A stretch of 64,000 bases of DNA from positions 45,758,001-45,822,000 of the forward strand of contig NC_087251.1 in NCBI RefSeq assembly GCF_037042905.1, given 5' to 3'. Numbering within the stretch: position 1 is the stretch's first letter; each line of letters starts with the position of its first letter. This document shows, piece by piece, positions 49,123 through 61,100 of this stretch. The stretch comes from Lytechinus pictus. Taxonomy: Eukaryota. The notes below the pieces were generated by a model. That model was not told the origin of the DNA. It saw only the letters and a program-made list of their open reading frames with translations, and did no database searches. The position numbers were made by a program, and so were the translations under genes.

Positions 49123-52100
49123 GTTAGATCCAAGGCTATTGATCTCTTGATTTATAAGGCCTAACCTATTTTTTAAAATAATGAATAAAACAAACACAGT
49201 ATAGTGAGATTATCATAAAATTTTGATTGGTACTTCATTTTTTTAATGAGAGCGCCGTTAAAAAAAAAAAACATAACAACAACAGCAACAACAATTAACA
49301 ACAACATGAACGATCTTTGAAGGTTTGATTGGCGAGGACAGTGACCCGGGTGATGAGCCAACAATTTTGAGGGGGCACATTATTGGCACGTCGTGCCTAT
49401 CTTCCTATGCAAGGGCAACATCACGGGGGGTCATAGGGGAGACCACTTCCAAGATTTTCAAGACGTGAAAAAAGGGGGAGGAGGAGAAGGAGAAAGGGAA
49501 AAGAAAGAAGACGGTCGAGTATATAAAATGAGAAGTCTAAAGTCTTGTAACTCTACATTGCACCTGTCATTCAACTTTTTAAACATATGACGTCACTATT
49601 TGGTCAATAGGTCCATGTTTTGCCCCACCTTTCCTCACCCCGTCATTTACATCATGGGGCCTGTTGCATAAAACTTTTTACCTGAGAAAACTCTGGTAAA
49701 ACTGAAAACTAAGGTTAGTCTGATTTCTGCCATTGACTTTAACACAGGGCAAAAACTTCGGCAAAAACTTTGGTAAAAACAACCTGAGTTTTCTCAAGTA
49801 AAGTTTTATGCAATGGGCCCCTGGTGCCGACCCATTGCCTCTGGGGGATAAAAGTCGCAAGTGTGTAAAAAGAGTCAGAATTAAGAGGTGCAAGCGGCAC
49901 GTTTACCCCCAATATACCTCTGAAATATAGAGTTAGATTTAGCTTGAGAAAGTTGAGATCTATTAATTTTTCCGTTCAACAAAATACAATCAAAGGAACA
50001 ATACAGAGTGAAAAATATCACAAACAGTTGAAGGATAGTACACTATGATCGATAGTTAATACTTCCAGAGTCATATTTTACAATAAGAATAAGAATTTGC
50101 TCACACTTGCATGACTTGGGGGGATCAATAGGGATTATCTTGCAATAATGTAAGTCCCAAATGCCTTTATTGGTTCAACATTGTTTTTGCAAGAAAATAT
50201 TTTTTTTTTAAAGGATGATTTGAGTTGAGTTTTGTGTGTTTCCACACAATAATAACAGGTGGAAATATAGTTATAGCATACTTGAATATTGTTGAATTAC
50301 AGTCTGAGTTATTATGCAAACACGAAGTCCAAGTTTATGATGATTTATCGCCCTTAGTAATAAAAAAGTGATTGCATCATCGATTCCATGGCTCGTGCCA
50401 ATGTAATGTGTATATTCTAAAAGTTATATTTTGCTACATATAATAGTTTTTGAGGTGATATACCATAATCATCCTCTGACGGCAGCTGCGGTGAACATAA
50501 TAGCGAGTTTTCGCAATTTCAACAGGGACGGACTCTACAACAAAGTTTATCTGTTGAAAATGCCCGTCAAATCACAATAAATGGCTGAGGGGTCTTTGTC
50601 GAAAATTAGTGAACTGGGAAAGCTGATCGTCGTAAGATTTTGAGCTGACAAAAAATTCAAAATGTGTCTTTATATCCAGAGCCACGGACGACACTGATGT
50701 TTAAATTCACCGATTTTCGACAAAGACTGCTTGTCATGAAGGGCGATTGATAACAGATTTCTCTACGTTCGAGAAAACGTCTGCGTAGTGGTTGTGAAAA
50801 CTCCCTGTATGAGTTATTTTGATAGATCCCTTTAAAAGAATGTAGCCCACACTTCTTCTTTTTTTGTTTTTGAAGACTTTCATACCCTTTTTCAATTCCA
50901 TATTCGGACTTTTCGCATTTACTTCAGTGAAACTCTCTACAACGCACAAATTCCTTTAAAATGAAAGTCAAATCACAATTGCTGAGAGGCTTCTGTCGAA
51001 AGTTTCAATTCCATATTCGGACTTTTCGCATTTACTTCGGTGAAACTCTCTACAACGCACAAATTCCTTTAAAATGAAAGTCAAATCACAATTGCTGAGA
51101 GGCTTCTGTCGAAAGTTGGTGGACCGGAACAGCACCGGAATCTCTTGACTCTGGACAATGACATATTTGCAATTGTTCGTCCGTTGCGAATCTTCGGATG
51201 ATCTACTGTCCCAGTCCACCAACTTTCGACCAAAGCTTCTCAGCTCTCCATTGTGATTTTATTGCATTTTCAAAGGAATTGATGTGTTGTACATAGAGAG
51301 TTTCCCCGTAGTAAATGCGAAAACTGCCTATTGATTACAGTAAGGCAACTCCATCGTGAGTTTCTACGAGCTGGTGCTGACGTCATGCAAACTTTCACAT
51401 TCTGGGCCTCGGAAGACAGACTCAAACTCAAATTATCAGACCAAGAGAGTGATGTTAATGTAAGATTTTCTTCAATTAATTCATCTTCTCAAAATGTCAA
51501 GGATTTGAAATAAATACAGATCGGCTGTGAATAGTGACCAGAAGAAAATTTGATTAATTTTTAATTCTAATGATTAACTTCTAAATCTTCAAATATTTGA
51601 ATTTAAATCTTTTAGCTTTAGATTCTAAATCCGCAAAGTTTAAATATAAATCTAAATGCTCGGCTGTTCACTATTCATAGCAGATCTTGATTTGTTAATC
51701 CTTATAATTTAGAGTCCATATTTTCCTCTCTATTTCCATCATACCCATCATAATACTGTCCAGCGGTAAATCCAAGTGGTATTGACAATAATTTATGTAA
51801 GGCGGGAACAGCATATTTTCTACTCAAATTCTATGAACGAGCCCCCACCCCCCCAAAAAAAAAGACCCTCACCTTTCAGGTGAGAACGTCCATTAACATA
51901 ATATCCCTGGCAAGCGAGTATGAAAATAATGATAAATAATATTTTGGGGGGTCATTTTGTTTTCCACGGAGGAGCGGGGACAAAGGGCCCCTTGATCCGT
52001 TAATAGGGGTGTCACGTCATTCTCACTATCCCACACACGTCTCGTCCCCCTCTCCCAACCCTTCCCTCCCATCTCCTTATTAGTGGTTTCGACAATTCCA

Positions 52101-55100
52101 TTCATCACGAGTATAAGCATATCAGTGGCATAATGAGCCCCCCCAAAAAAAAATGGGGGGGGGGGCAGTCATGGCATACGGGGAAAATGTCTTAAAACCT
52201 GCTAGAGATATAACATGACTTTCTTAATAACAAAATCTAATTTTGTGATTGATTTTGACATAATGATCAGAAAAAGAAATCATGATTTTTCACCATCTTT
52301 CCTTTCCTTTCTTTTTCCTCCCCCTTTTCTTGGTCGTGAAGATTTTTAGAGAACCTTGGCCCCTTCAAGCCCCCCCCCCCATCTGTAACCCAGTGATGCA
52401 TAATACTGATAGGATTTAGTTTCTTACGTTGTCTTGTATTTCGCATTTATTTGTAATTTTATTGTTGAAAATTTAAGGGGAAATCAATTCTTTATCGATA
52501 AATAACAATATTTCACAATTTTCTTTTCCTTCTTTCGCATTCTTCTACTCCCCCCCATCAGTGGGAATCGGTGAACGAAGTCGCGTGCGATCTCGCCCAC
52601 GAGGTCGCTGCCGAGGGCGACGCCCTGGTGGCCGGGAGTGTGTCAAGTGTCCCTAAGTATGAAGATAGGACCGGAACAAAGGAAGAAATACAGAACGAGT
52701 TCAGAAAACAATGCGACGTCTTCATTCGGAAGAAGGTCGATTTTCTGCTTGGTGAGGTAATTCATAATGGGAAGCGTTTCATGACTAATACCATGGTCAC
52801 ATTTGCTCTACGGCGGCCGTACGGCGAGTCGAAAACAGCCGTTTTGTTCATTTTTACTAAAATCATCTATATGTAGCTGGTACAAATAAATGTAAAACGG
52901 CTGTTTTCGACTCGCCGTACGGCCGCCGTAGAACAAATGTGACCAAGGTATAAGTAACTGTTTTGTCAGCGATTCAGTTCGCCGACAGATGTTACAAGCT
53001 ATATACTGCAGATCGCTGGAGATCTTTGACTCTGATTGGCCTGATAGCTAATTGGTCCGTGAAAAGTCATTGAAAAAAAAAAACTTTGATGAAACGCACC
53101 CCCATCCCTCCATCTCGACATTCTTTTTTAAACTTGCAGTTAATGATTTCATTTACTCTCTTTACAAGGATCAGATTGTAACACTTTAAACCCCTATATA
53201 AACCCCTGTGGGCGCGTCGTGGTCTAGTGGTTCTGACTCTCGCCTTTCAGACAGAGGGTCGTGAGTTCGAATCCTAGCCATGGCGTGTTTTCATTCAGCA
53301 AGAAATTTATCCACACTGTGCTGCACTCGACCCAGGTGAGGTAAATGGGTATCGGCAGGAAGTAATTCCTCAAAAAGCTGTGCGCACCAGAATCGGTAGA
53401 CTATAGCTTAGCCGGGGTAATATAGGAGCGCCTTGAGCACCTAGCAAGGTGGATACGTGCCCTATACAAAATCCTAATTATTTATATATTTTACGGTAAA
53501 TTGCTAATTCGTCTATTGCAAACTCGGCCACTTACCACATGGACTACCTTCATTTAGTCTAATACCATTCAGTCCATCAACATTACGTCTAACAACCATT
53601 TGGTCCAATCATCACTTTGTTTAATCACCAGTTCGTCTATGACCATATGGTCTAAACCATTTGGTCTAATATTCATTTTATTTTAATTTATTTCGCCCAA
53701 TTAAACACTTCGTCCAATTAGACGAAATGGTATATGGACTAAATGGCTATTGGACCAACTGGTAATTAGGCGAAATGGTGAGTGGACGAAATTGCATAGA
53801 CCATGTGGATAGTGGACGAACTGACGGTAGATCAAATGGTAGAATACAAGTTGTTAATTGGACGAATTGGCATTGTACCAATTGAACATAAACCTTCTTC
53901 GCTGCAGGTGCACTGGGTAAAATGATTAATAATCATAATCATGAAATAACAATGTATTTTACAAGAAGGTCGTTTTTAAAAAGCACACATATTTTTTAAC
54001 GCGTTGATAGTTTAATGAGGCAAATCTGTCCCTTTCTCTTTATCATACTTTTATTTGATTCTTTATCTTTCACCTCTCATTTTATCCTCTCTTTATTTGC
54101 TTTCTGTAATAATAGGGCCCCAATGAGACCGCTCATTGGCGGCCCATACACACTGCCCTGATTACGACTGCATTGTGATGTCCCAATATACTGCATTCTA
54201 TATAGTTTTTCCACAAACGCAGAGAAAGATGAATTTATGATTACATCAGTGGAATGAAATCTGTATAATCAAATCGGCAGTTTTCCTTGCTTGACTGCAT
54301 TTTTCTCTTGAAAATTCTCCTAGTTCTTTTCATACACCGAAGAAGCAGAATGGGCTGTAGAAGTTATGAAGTCTTACGGGGTACCAGTGGCCTGTACTAT
54401 GAGAGTGGGCGTGGCCGGTGATAGTATGGGCGTGGCTCCTGCCGAATCAGCTGTAAGACTGGCCAGAGCAGGTATTTATTGTATAAAGTGTGAAAACCTG
54501 GGTTAAAAAAAATTAAATCGCGTAAAATGTTATATTTAATTTTTGTTGTTGAAAAATGAAATAAATGAAATGATTTGAAATGAAATTAAACACGAAATAA
54601 TTGACATCAAATGAAATAACTTTTATTTTATTTCTTTTTTTTTCACATGATTGAATTTAATATTAAATGATTTGAAGCTTTAGCATAAATCGTTGATGAT
54701 CATTTCTAAAGTCCTATGAAATTGGGGAGTTACAACCTTCAATATATAATTACATAATGTGAACCATTGTAATTTGATTGTTTTGAGTTTGTTTATGCCT
54801 TCATCTCACTTCATATACTCGAATACTTATGGTACCAGTGGTGTAACTACGGGGGGGGGGGGCATATGGGCCACGTGCCCCCCAATCGGCTGGAAAAAAA
54901 CGGGGGAAGGAGAAAAAGAGGGAGAAAGGAAGAGAAACGTAGTGGGATAGAAAATAATTATTGTAAATTATAATATATTATATTATATATATTATGTTAT
55001 ATGGAAATGGAAATCCATATTTTATTGTTCGAAATAGACATGAAATGAAATACACCCAAAATTTGCTTTGCCCAATTGATCTTGGGCCCGGCAGCCGCTG

Positions 55101-58100
55101 TGCAGCGCCAGATCGACGAGGCTCTATCCCTTTCAATGTTGAACGCCAAACACGGTAGCAGCAACTCCCATCTTTTAACGTCTTTTGGTCTGACGCGGCC
55201 GGGGTTTGAACCCCCGACCTCCCGGTTGTGAGACGGACGCTCTACCAACTGAGCAAACACACCGGTATTACATAAGAAATATTTTTTCATAACTGTTATG
55301 AAACATAATTTGCTCAGGGCAGATATGTGTTCATTGTTCCTGGTGCTCGCATTGTCTGTTTAACGAGATTATAATCCTGTTGTACTAAAACATGCCGTTT
55401 TCAAGTCAATATACACCAAATATATTTCCTCGCACTTCGAGTTATCATTTGTTTTATGTAGTGACATATGCTTCTTTAATATGACTACTTAAAGTGATTG
55501 CCCCATTTTAAGGTCTGAATATAATACATTTCCTGTCCGCGCTTACGTTGGCATTGATGGATTGGTGAGATATGTCTGCTCTTCATGAATTCTTAAAATC
55601 AGTCCTTAAAATGCCCCTTTTTCTCGCGCTTCGCAATCGCATCATTTGGTTAGTGAAATACGTATGGTCTTAGTGAATTCCATCAAACAAGCCTTAAAAT
55701 GCCCATCTTCAGGTCTGAATTTCCTAAATTTTCAGCTCGCGTTTCGCGCTCGCAAAAAGTGCTTCATTTGTTTAGAAGTAATTTTAACAAAATCAGCAAG
55801 CGCTTGGCACTCGCATTAGATGATTTTGGTTAAGTGACTAAAATTTTTTGCTGGTGCCCCCCCGCCCAATTCCGTGACCCATGGGTCACCACTGTATGGT
55901 GCAGTTACATTTCGCCTGTATCACTTATTGTTAATGTCTCTGAATAAAGGTAGTTTCCATTGATTTACGCCAACATAATTTATTATTCGCTTTGTTATGC
56001 TGCAGTCACATTTGTCTACGGTGTCCGTACGGCGAGTCGAAAACAGCCGTTTTTTTTAATTTTTGTACGAGCTTCCAGTATGTGGTTCGTATAAAAATCC
56101 GTAAAAAGGCTGTTTCCGACTCACCGTGCGGACACTGTAGGTTAATTGTGACTGCAGCACAACTCAGCAAATAATAAATTCTCTTGGCGTAAATCAATGA
56201 AGCTATTTTTTTTTTCAGAGCCATTAACAATATAGGAGACCTTCATCTGAAAAAATAAGCTTACTAATAATGACGGCCGATGTTAGTTTAAAAAAGAAAT
56301 ATGTATTTAACCCTTTTCAACTCAAAATGTTTTTTTTAGTAACCGGTTGCAGTATCAGGTTATAGGAGCATTGAGATGACCTAAAAGTGACGTCATAATT
56401 TTTCTAAAAAGGATCAGGAGAATATTATAAATATCTTCATTACCGGGTCCCTCGGAGACGACCTGAAGCCATCCGTCCTCTGGTTGTTTGCATACAAGCA
56501 TTAATGCTTTGTTAGCAATCAGGGAGACATTCACTACCATCTACCACTTACCAAACACATCCCTTTTGCACTTTTCTTGCTTCTCATTTCTTCCATTAAG
56601 GGTCTCGTCCATCCCAGAAAAATGAATCAATTGACAATAGAGAAAAATCCAGCAAGCAGGATGTCGAAATTTTCATAAAAATCGAATTTGAAATGAGAAA
56701 GTTATGACATTTTAAATTTTCGCTTATTTTTCACAAAATAGTTATATGCAGAATTCTGTTCCATGCAAATGAGAGAGTTGATGATGTATCTCACTCATTT
56801 CGATTTTTATTAATTTGACAATGAGGACCAACTTGACTGAACCATAAAATGTTAAAACAATGGTAATTCCACATATTAAATCAGGGAAAGATCAAACTTC
56901 TTTCAAATTACCATGAGGAGAAAATGAGAATATATCACATTTCATATAATAAAATACAAAAGAAATAGTGAGTGGGTGACGTCATCAGTCCCCTCATTAT
57001 CACACAGACCAGGATGTGCAGATAACAGAATTACTGTTTCGTGAAATTAAGCGAAACATGTCATTACTTTCTTATTTCACATCCGATTTTGACGAAATTC
57101 TCAGTGTTATGCCTGTTGGATTTTTCTCTTTTTGTTGAAATCAACTTTTTGTTGGGGTGGACTTGTCCTTTAACTTTCTTCCTTATTTTTACTACTTGAA
57201 AAATCACAGAGGCGGGTGAAATCGGCTCTAGGAATAGCGCAAATCGTCAGACAAATATTATACTGACATAACTATTGTTCTGACCATTGCAGGTGCGGAT
57301 GTGGTCGGAGTAAATTGTTGCTACGACCCCGACATCGCTCTCGATGCTATAGCCAAGATGAAAACAGGTCTTGAAGAGGCGGGACTGAAGAATTATCTCA
57401 TGATCCAACCCGTGGGTTTCCATACCCAGGATCTAAAGAAGGAACCAGCCGGTTACACAGCCCTTCCAGAATTCCCGTTTGGTGAGGAAGTGTGATGATT
57501 TCTAGGGTAAAAACGCTCTTTACGATCACTCTAACAACTATTGTTTTTTACTGTTTTAAACAACATGATTAAAAGTTTAAACAACTTTCACAAAAAAATT
57601 TAAACAACTTACACAAAAGTTTAAACAACAGTTGTTAGAGAGACTAACAATTTCAAATAGTGTTTTTAAAGATGTAATTATCTGTTTAGAGGTATTGGCC
57701 CATATTCTGAAGTCGGGTTTAAGTTAAACTCAGGTTTAAAGTTGTGGTTTAAGTATGGGAAGCCAAAAGTATCAAATTTGTTATTAAGTTGTATGTTTCT
57801 TATGTTTACTGTGCTCTTTCCTGATTCATCGATGGTGAAGACAATAATCTATATATACTTCCTAGCCAATTATGAATGATTTGAGAGCCAAATGAGCTGA
57901 AGTATGATATCTCTACTGTTAGTGATTTATGTAACAATTGGCTCGCCATACTTAAACCACAACTTTAAACCCGAGTTTAAATTAAACCCGACTTCAGAAT
58001 ACGGGCCATTGAGTGTAATAATTGATGACGTCACGAGCGCGATGAAGATGGGACTGGAGAGAGTGGGGAGGAGAGAGGATGAGCGAATGGAAAAAAAAAA

Positions 58101-61100
58101 GAAATACAGAAGGGGTGAAGAGGGAGGGGCTTGGCTATTGCTGATCCAGGATTTCTTCTGAGAAGAGGCCTGAAAGGGGGCTATATAGTCTTTTATTGTC
58201 TTCAAATGTTTTTCTGACCAGCAAAAAAGAATAAATTAAAAAAAATAAAACAACCCCAATCCTTTTTACAAGCCACCCCCCCCCAAAAAAAAAGAGGTCA
58301 AATGTTACTACAGAAAAAGATCATCGCTCCTTCCTTTTGACGGTAGGGGCCCAAATTTTAAACACTTTTCTATTGTCTAAAAAAATCCCATTTTTCGCCA
58401 GGGGGCTCCTTCCCGGCCCCCTCCCCTGCACCTGCTACTGATGCTTGGATCAGTTGATAAACGACCAAGAAACCCCCACCCGCCCGAAAAGGGGGAAATG
58501 GTAGATAAAAGGGATATGATATGAATTACTATAAGGATATTATGTTAGAATCTGTCACAAAATCGGATATTTTAGTTAACAGGTCTATTACATCATAACT
58601 AATGTTGAAAGGCGAACGCATATATAATGAGATTTATTTTCATCATATTTCAGCTTTAGAGCCTCGTGCTTTGACGAGGATAGACGTTCACAAGTACGCT
58701 AGACGTGCATACGATCTTGGGGTCAGGTACATCGGAGGGTGTTGCGGATTCGAACCTCATCACATTCGAGCAATAGCAGAAGAGGTATTAGAAAGTGTAT
58801 CATCCCATCTGAGAACACAGTGTGTTCACAGTGTGGAACATATAATGCAAAATCATCTTTGACAGTGTGCTGTGAACGCACTGTGAAGACACACTGTAGA
58901 TGTGTCCACAGTGAAATCATCTTCACACTGTTGAATTTGAATATCTTTACAGTGTGAACACACATTGAATAATCACAATGTAGAGGTATATCCACAGTGT
59001 GTAATTACCTCCAACTGTTTTAATTGAGTATTATTACAGTATGAATCACAATCATATTCACATCGTCCACTATGTGAACACAATGTGAACACACTACAGT
59101 GTGAATCACATCTTCACAATATCCACTGTGTGAACACACTGTTCACACATTGTGAACACACTACAGTGTGAATCACATTTTCACAATATCCACTGTGTGA
59201 ACACACTGTTCACACTAGTGTGAAATACATCTTCACAATATCCATTGTGTGAACACACTACAGTGTAAATTACATCTTCACAACATCCACTGTGTGAACA
59301 CACTGTGAACACACTACAGTGTAAATTACATATTCACAACATGCACTGTTTACACTCACTGTGAACACACTACAGTGTCAATTACATCTTCACAACATCC
59401 ACTGTGTAAACACACTAGTGTGAATCACATCTTCACAACATCCTCAGTGTACACTCACTGTGAAAACACTACAGTGTAAATTACATCTTCACAACATCCA
59501 CTTTGTAAACTCACTGTGAACACACTACAGTGTCAATCACATCTTCACAACATCCACTTTGTACACTCACTGTGAACACACTACAGTGTCAATTGCATCT
59601 TCACAACATCCACTGTGTATACTCACTGTGAACACACTACAGTGTCAATCACATCTTCACAACATCCACTGTGTACACTCACTGTGAACACACAACAGTG
59701 TCAATTACATCTTCACAACATCCACTGTGTACACTCACTGTGAACACACTACAGTGTCAATCACATCTTCACAACATCCACTGTGTGAACACACTGTGAA
59801 CACACTACAGTGTAAATTACATCTTCACAACATGCACTGTTTACACTCACTGTGAACACACTACAGTGTCAATTACATCTTCACAACATCCACTGTGTGA
59901 GCACACTGTGAACACACTACAGTGTGAATCGGATCTTCACACAGGCCACTGTGTGAACACACTACAATCATGACAATATGCATAAGATCTCCTCACATTC
60001 AACAATGTGAACACACTACAATATGAATCAGATCTCCGCACAGTCCACTAAGTGAACACACTGTGAATATACTTTGTGACACTATATTCTTTCCAGCACG
60101 ATTTCTTTTTATTCGTTATATGCGAATCCTCCTTTACTAAGACTTTAGACTTTTAAACCTTTCAAAACATATTCGAATGTTATGATAGCGTGTTATGTAT
60201 TCAATGGCATTATCACCGATCGACCTTTGGAATATAAACATGTTTTTTGTTTCTAAAGAGCAAAATGCAAATAAAAACAGTTGTCGCATAGGAAAATCAA
60301 CATTAATCCCCACTCAATAACACGTTTATGTATATTTTGTTTGCTGATTTATGCAATATTGGATGAACGTTATCATTTCAATGGTACCAATTTTATAACC
60401 TTCTCCATTAGACCACCCCCTTAACCTTGTAGTCATATACGCCATACAGTGTTTACGTTATTTTAATGAAATATATTTCAGTCGATTTATTTACTAATTC
60501 TTAATAAAAAAAATATGATATCATGGTATCAAACATGATACAGAGGTGCACATATGAAGTAGGCCTATAGGTTATGGATAATATGGAACATTGGAAATAT
60601 TCCCATTGAATATTTTGACATTTTGTTTCATTGTAACAGTTTTTTTTTTTTTTTATGAGGCCGCCATCAATTACAAGCTTAACCGCTCACGATGGCGGTC
60701 TCCTGCGTTCATCAAATTTTGTTAATGTTCCTTTTTTATTATCAAAATGTGAAGTATATGCCCACACCATTTTTTTCCTTCAAATTATGTATTATGTTTA
60801 TATTGTATGCATTATGAATTATTTTGTATATTACAAACAATGTAAATATTTATGATAATGTATTGTGAACTCAGAAATAAAAATAAAACAAACAAAACAA
60901 ATAATATTTACCATGGACATACTTAGGCCTGCAGTTAGGGATATATTGCCAAGTTTTTATATCAATACACCCACGAAGGCTCTGTATTTTGTTTTCTTCC
61001 AGCTGAAAGCTGAACGGGGACGCGGCATACCCGGGGCAGATAAATTTGAAAATTTCGAAGGATTGAGAAGGAGCCATGTTAAAAATCAACAAAAGAGGTA

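Noticed and set aside
53211..53283. tRNA gene
   Set aside because: It has A and B boxes but an imperfect cloverleaf and no oligo-T terminator at the expected position; it continues into a SINE body with a relative at 21121.
55190..55265. tRNA gene on the minus strand
   Set aside because: Head of a SINE whose body is duplicated at 48318.
58810..60085. CRISPR-like array
   Set aside because: Whole 56-bp units repeat with no unique spacers, there are no cas genes, and it lies in a eukaryotic intron.
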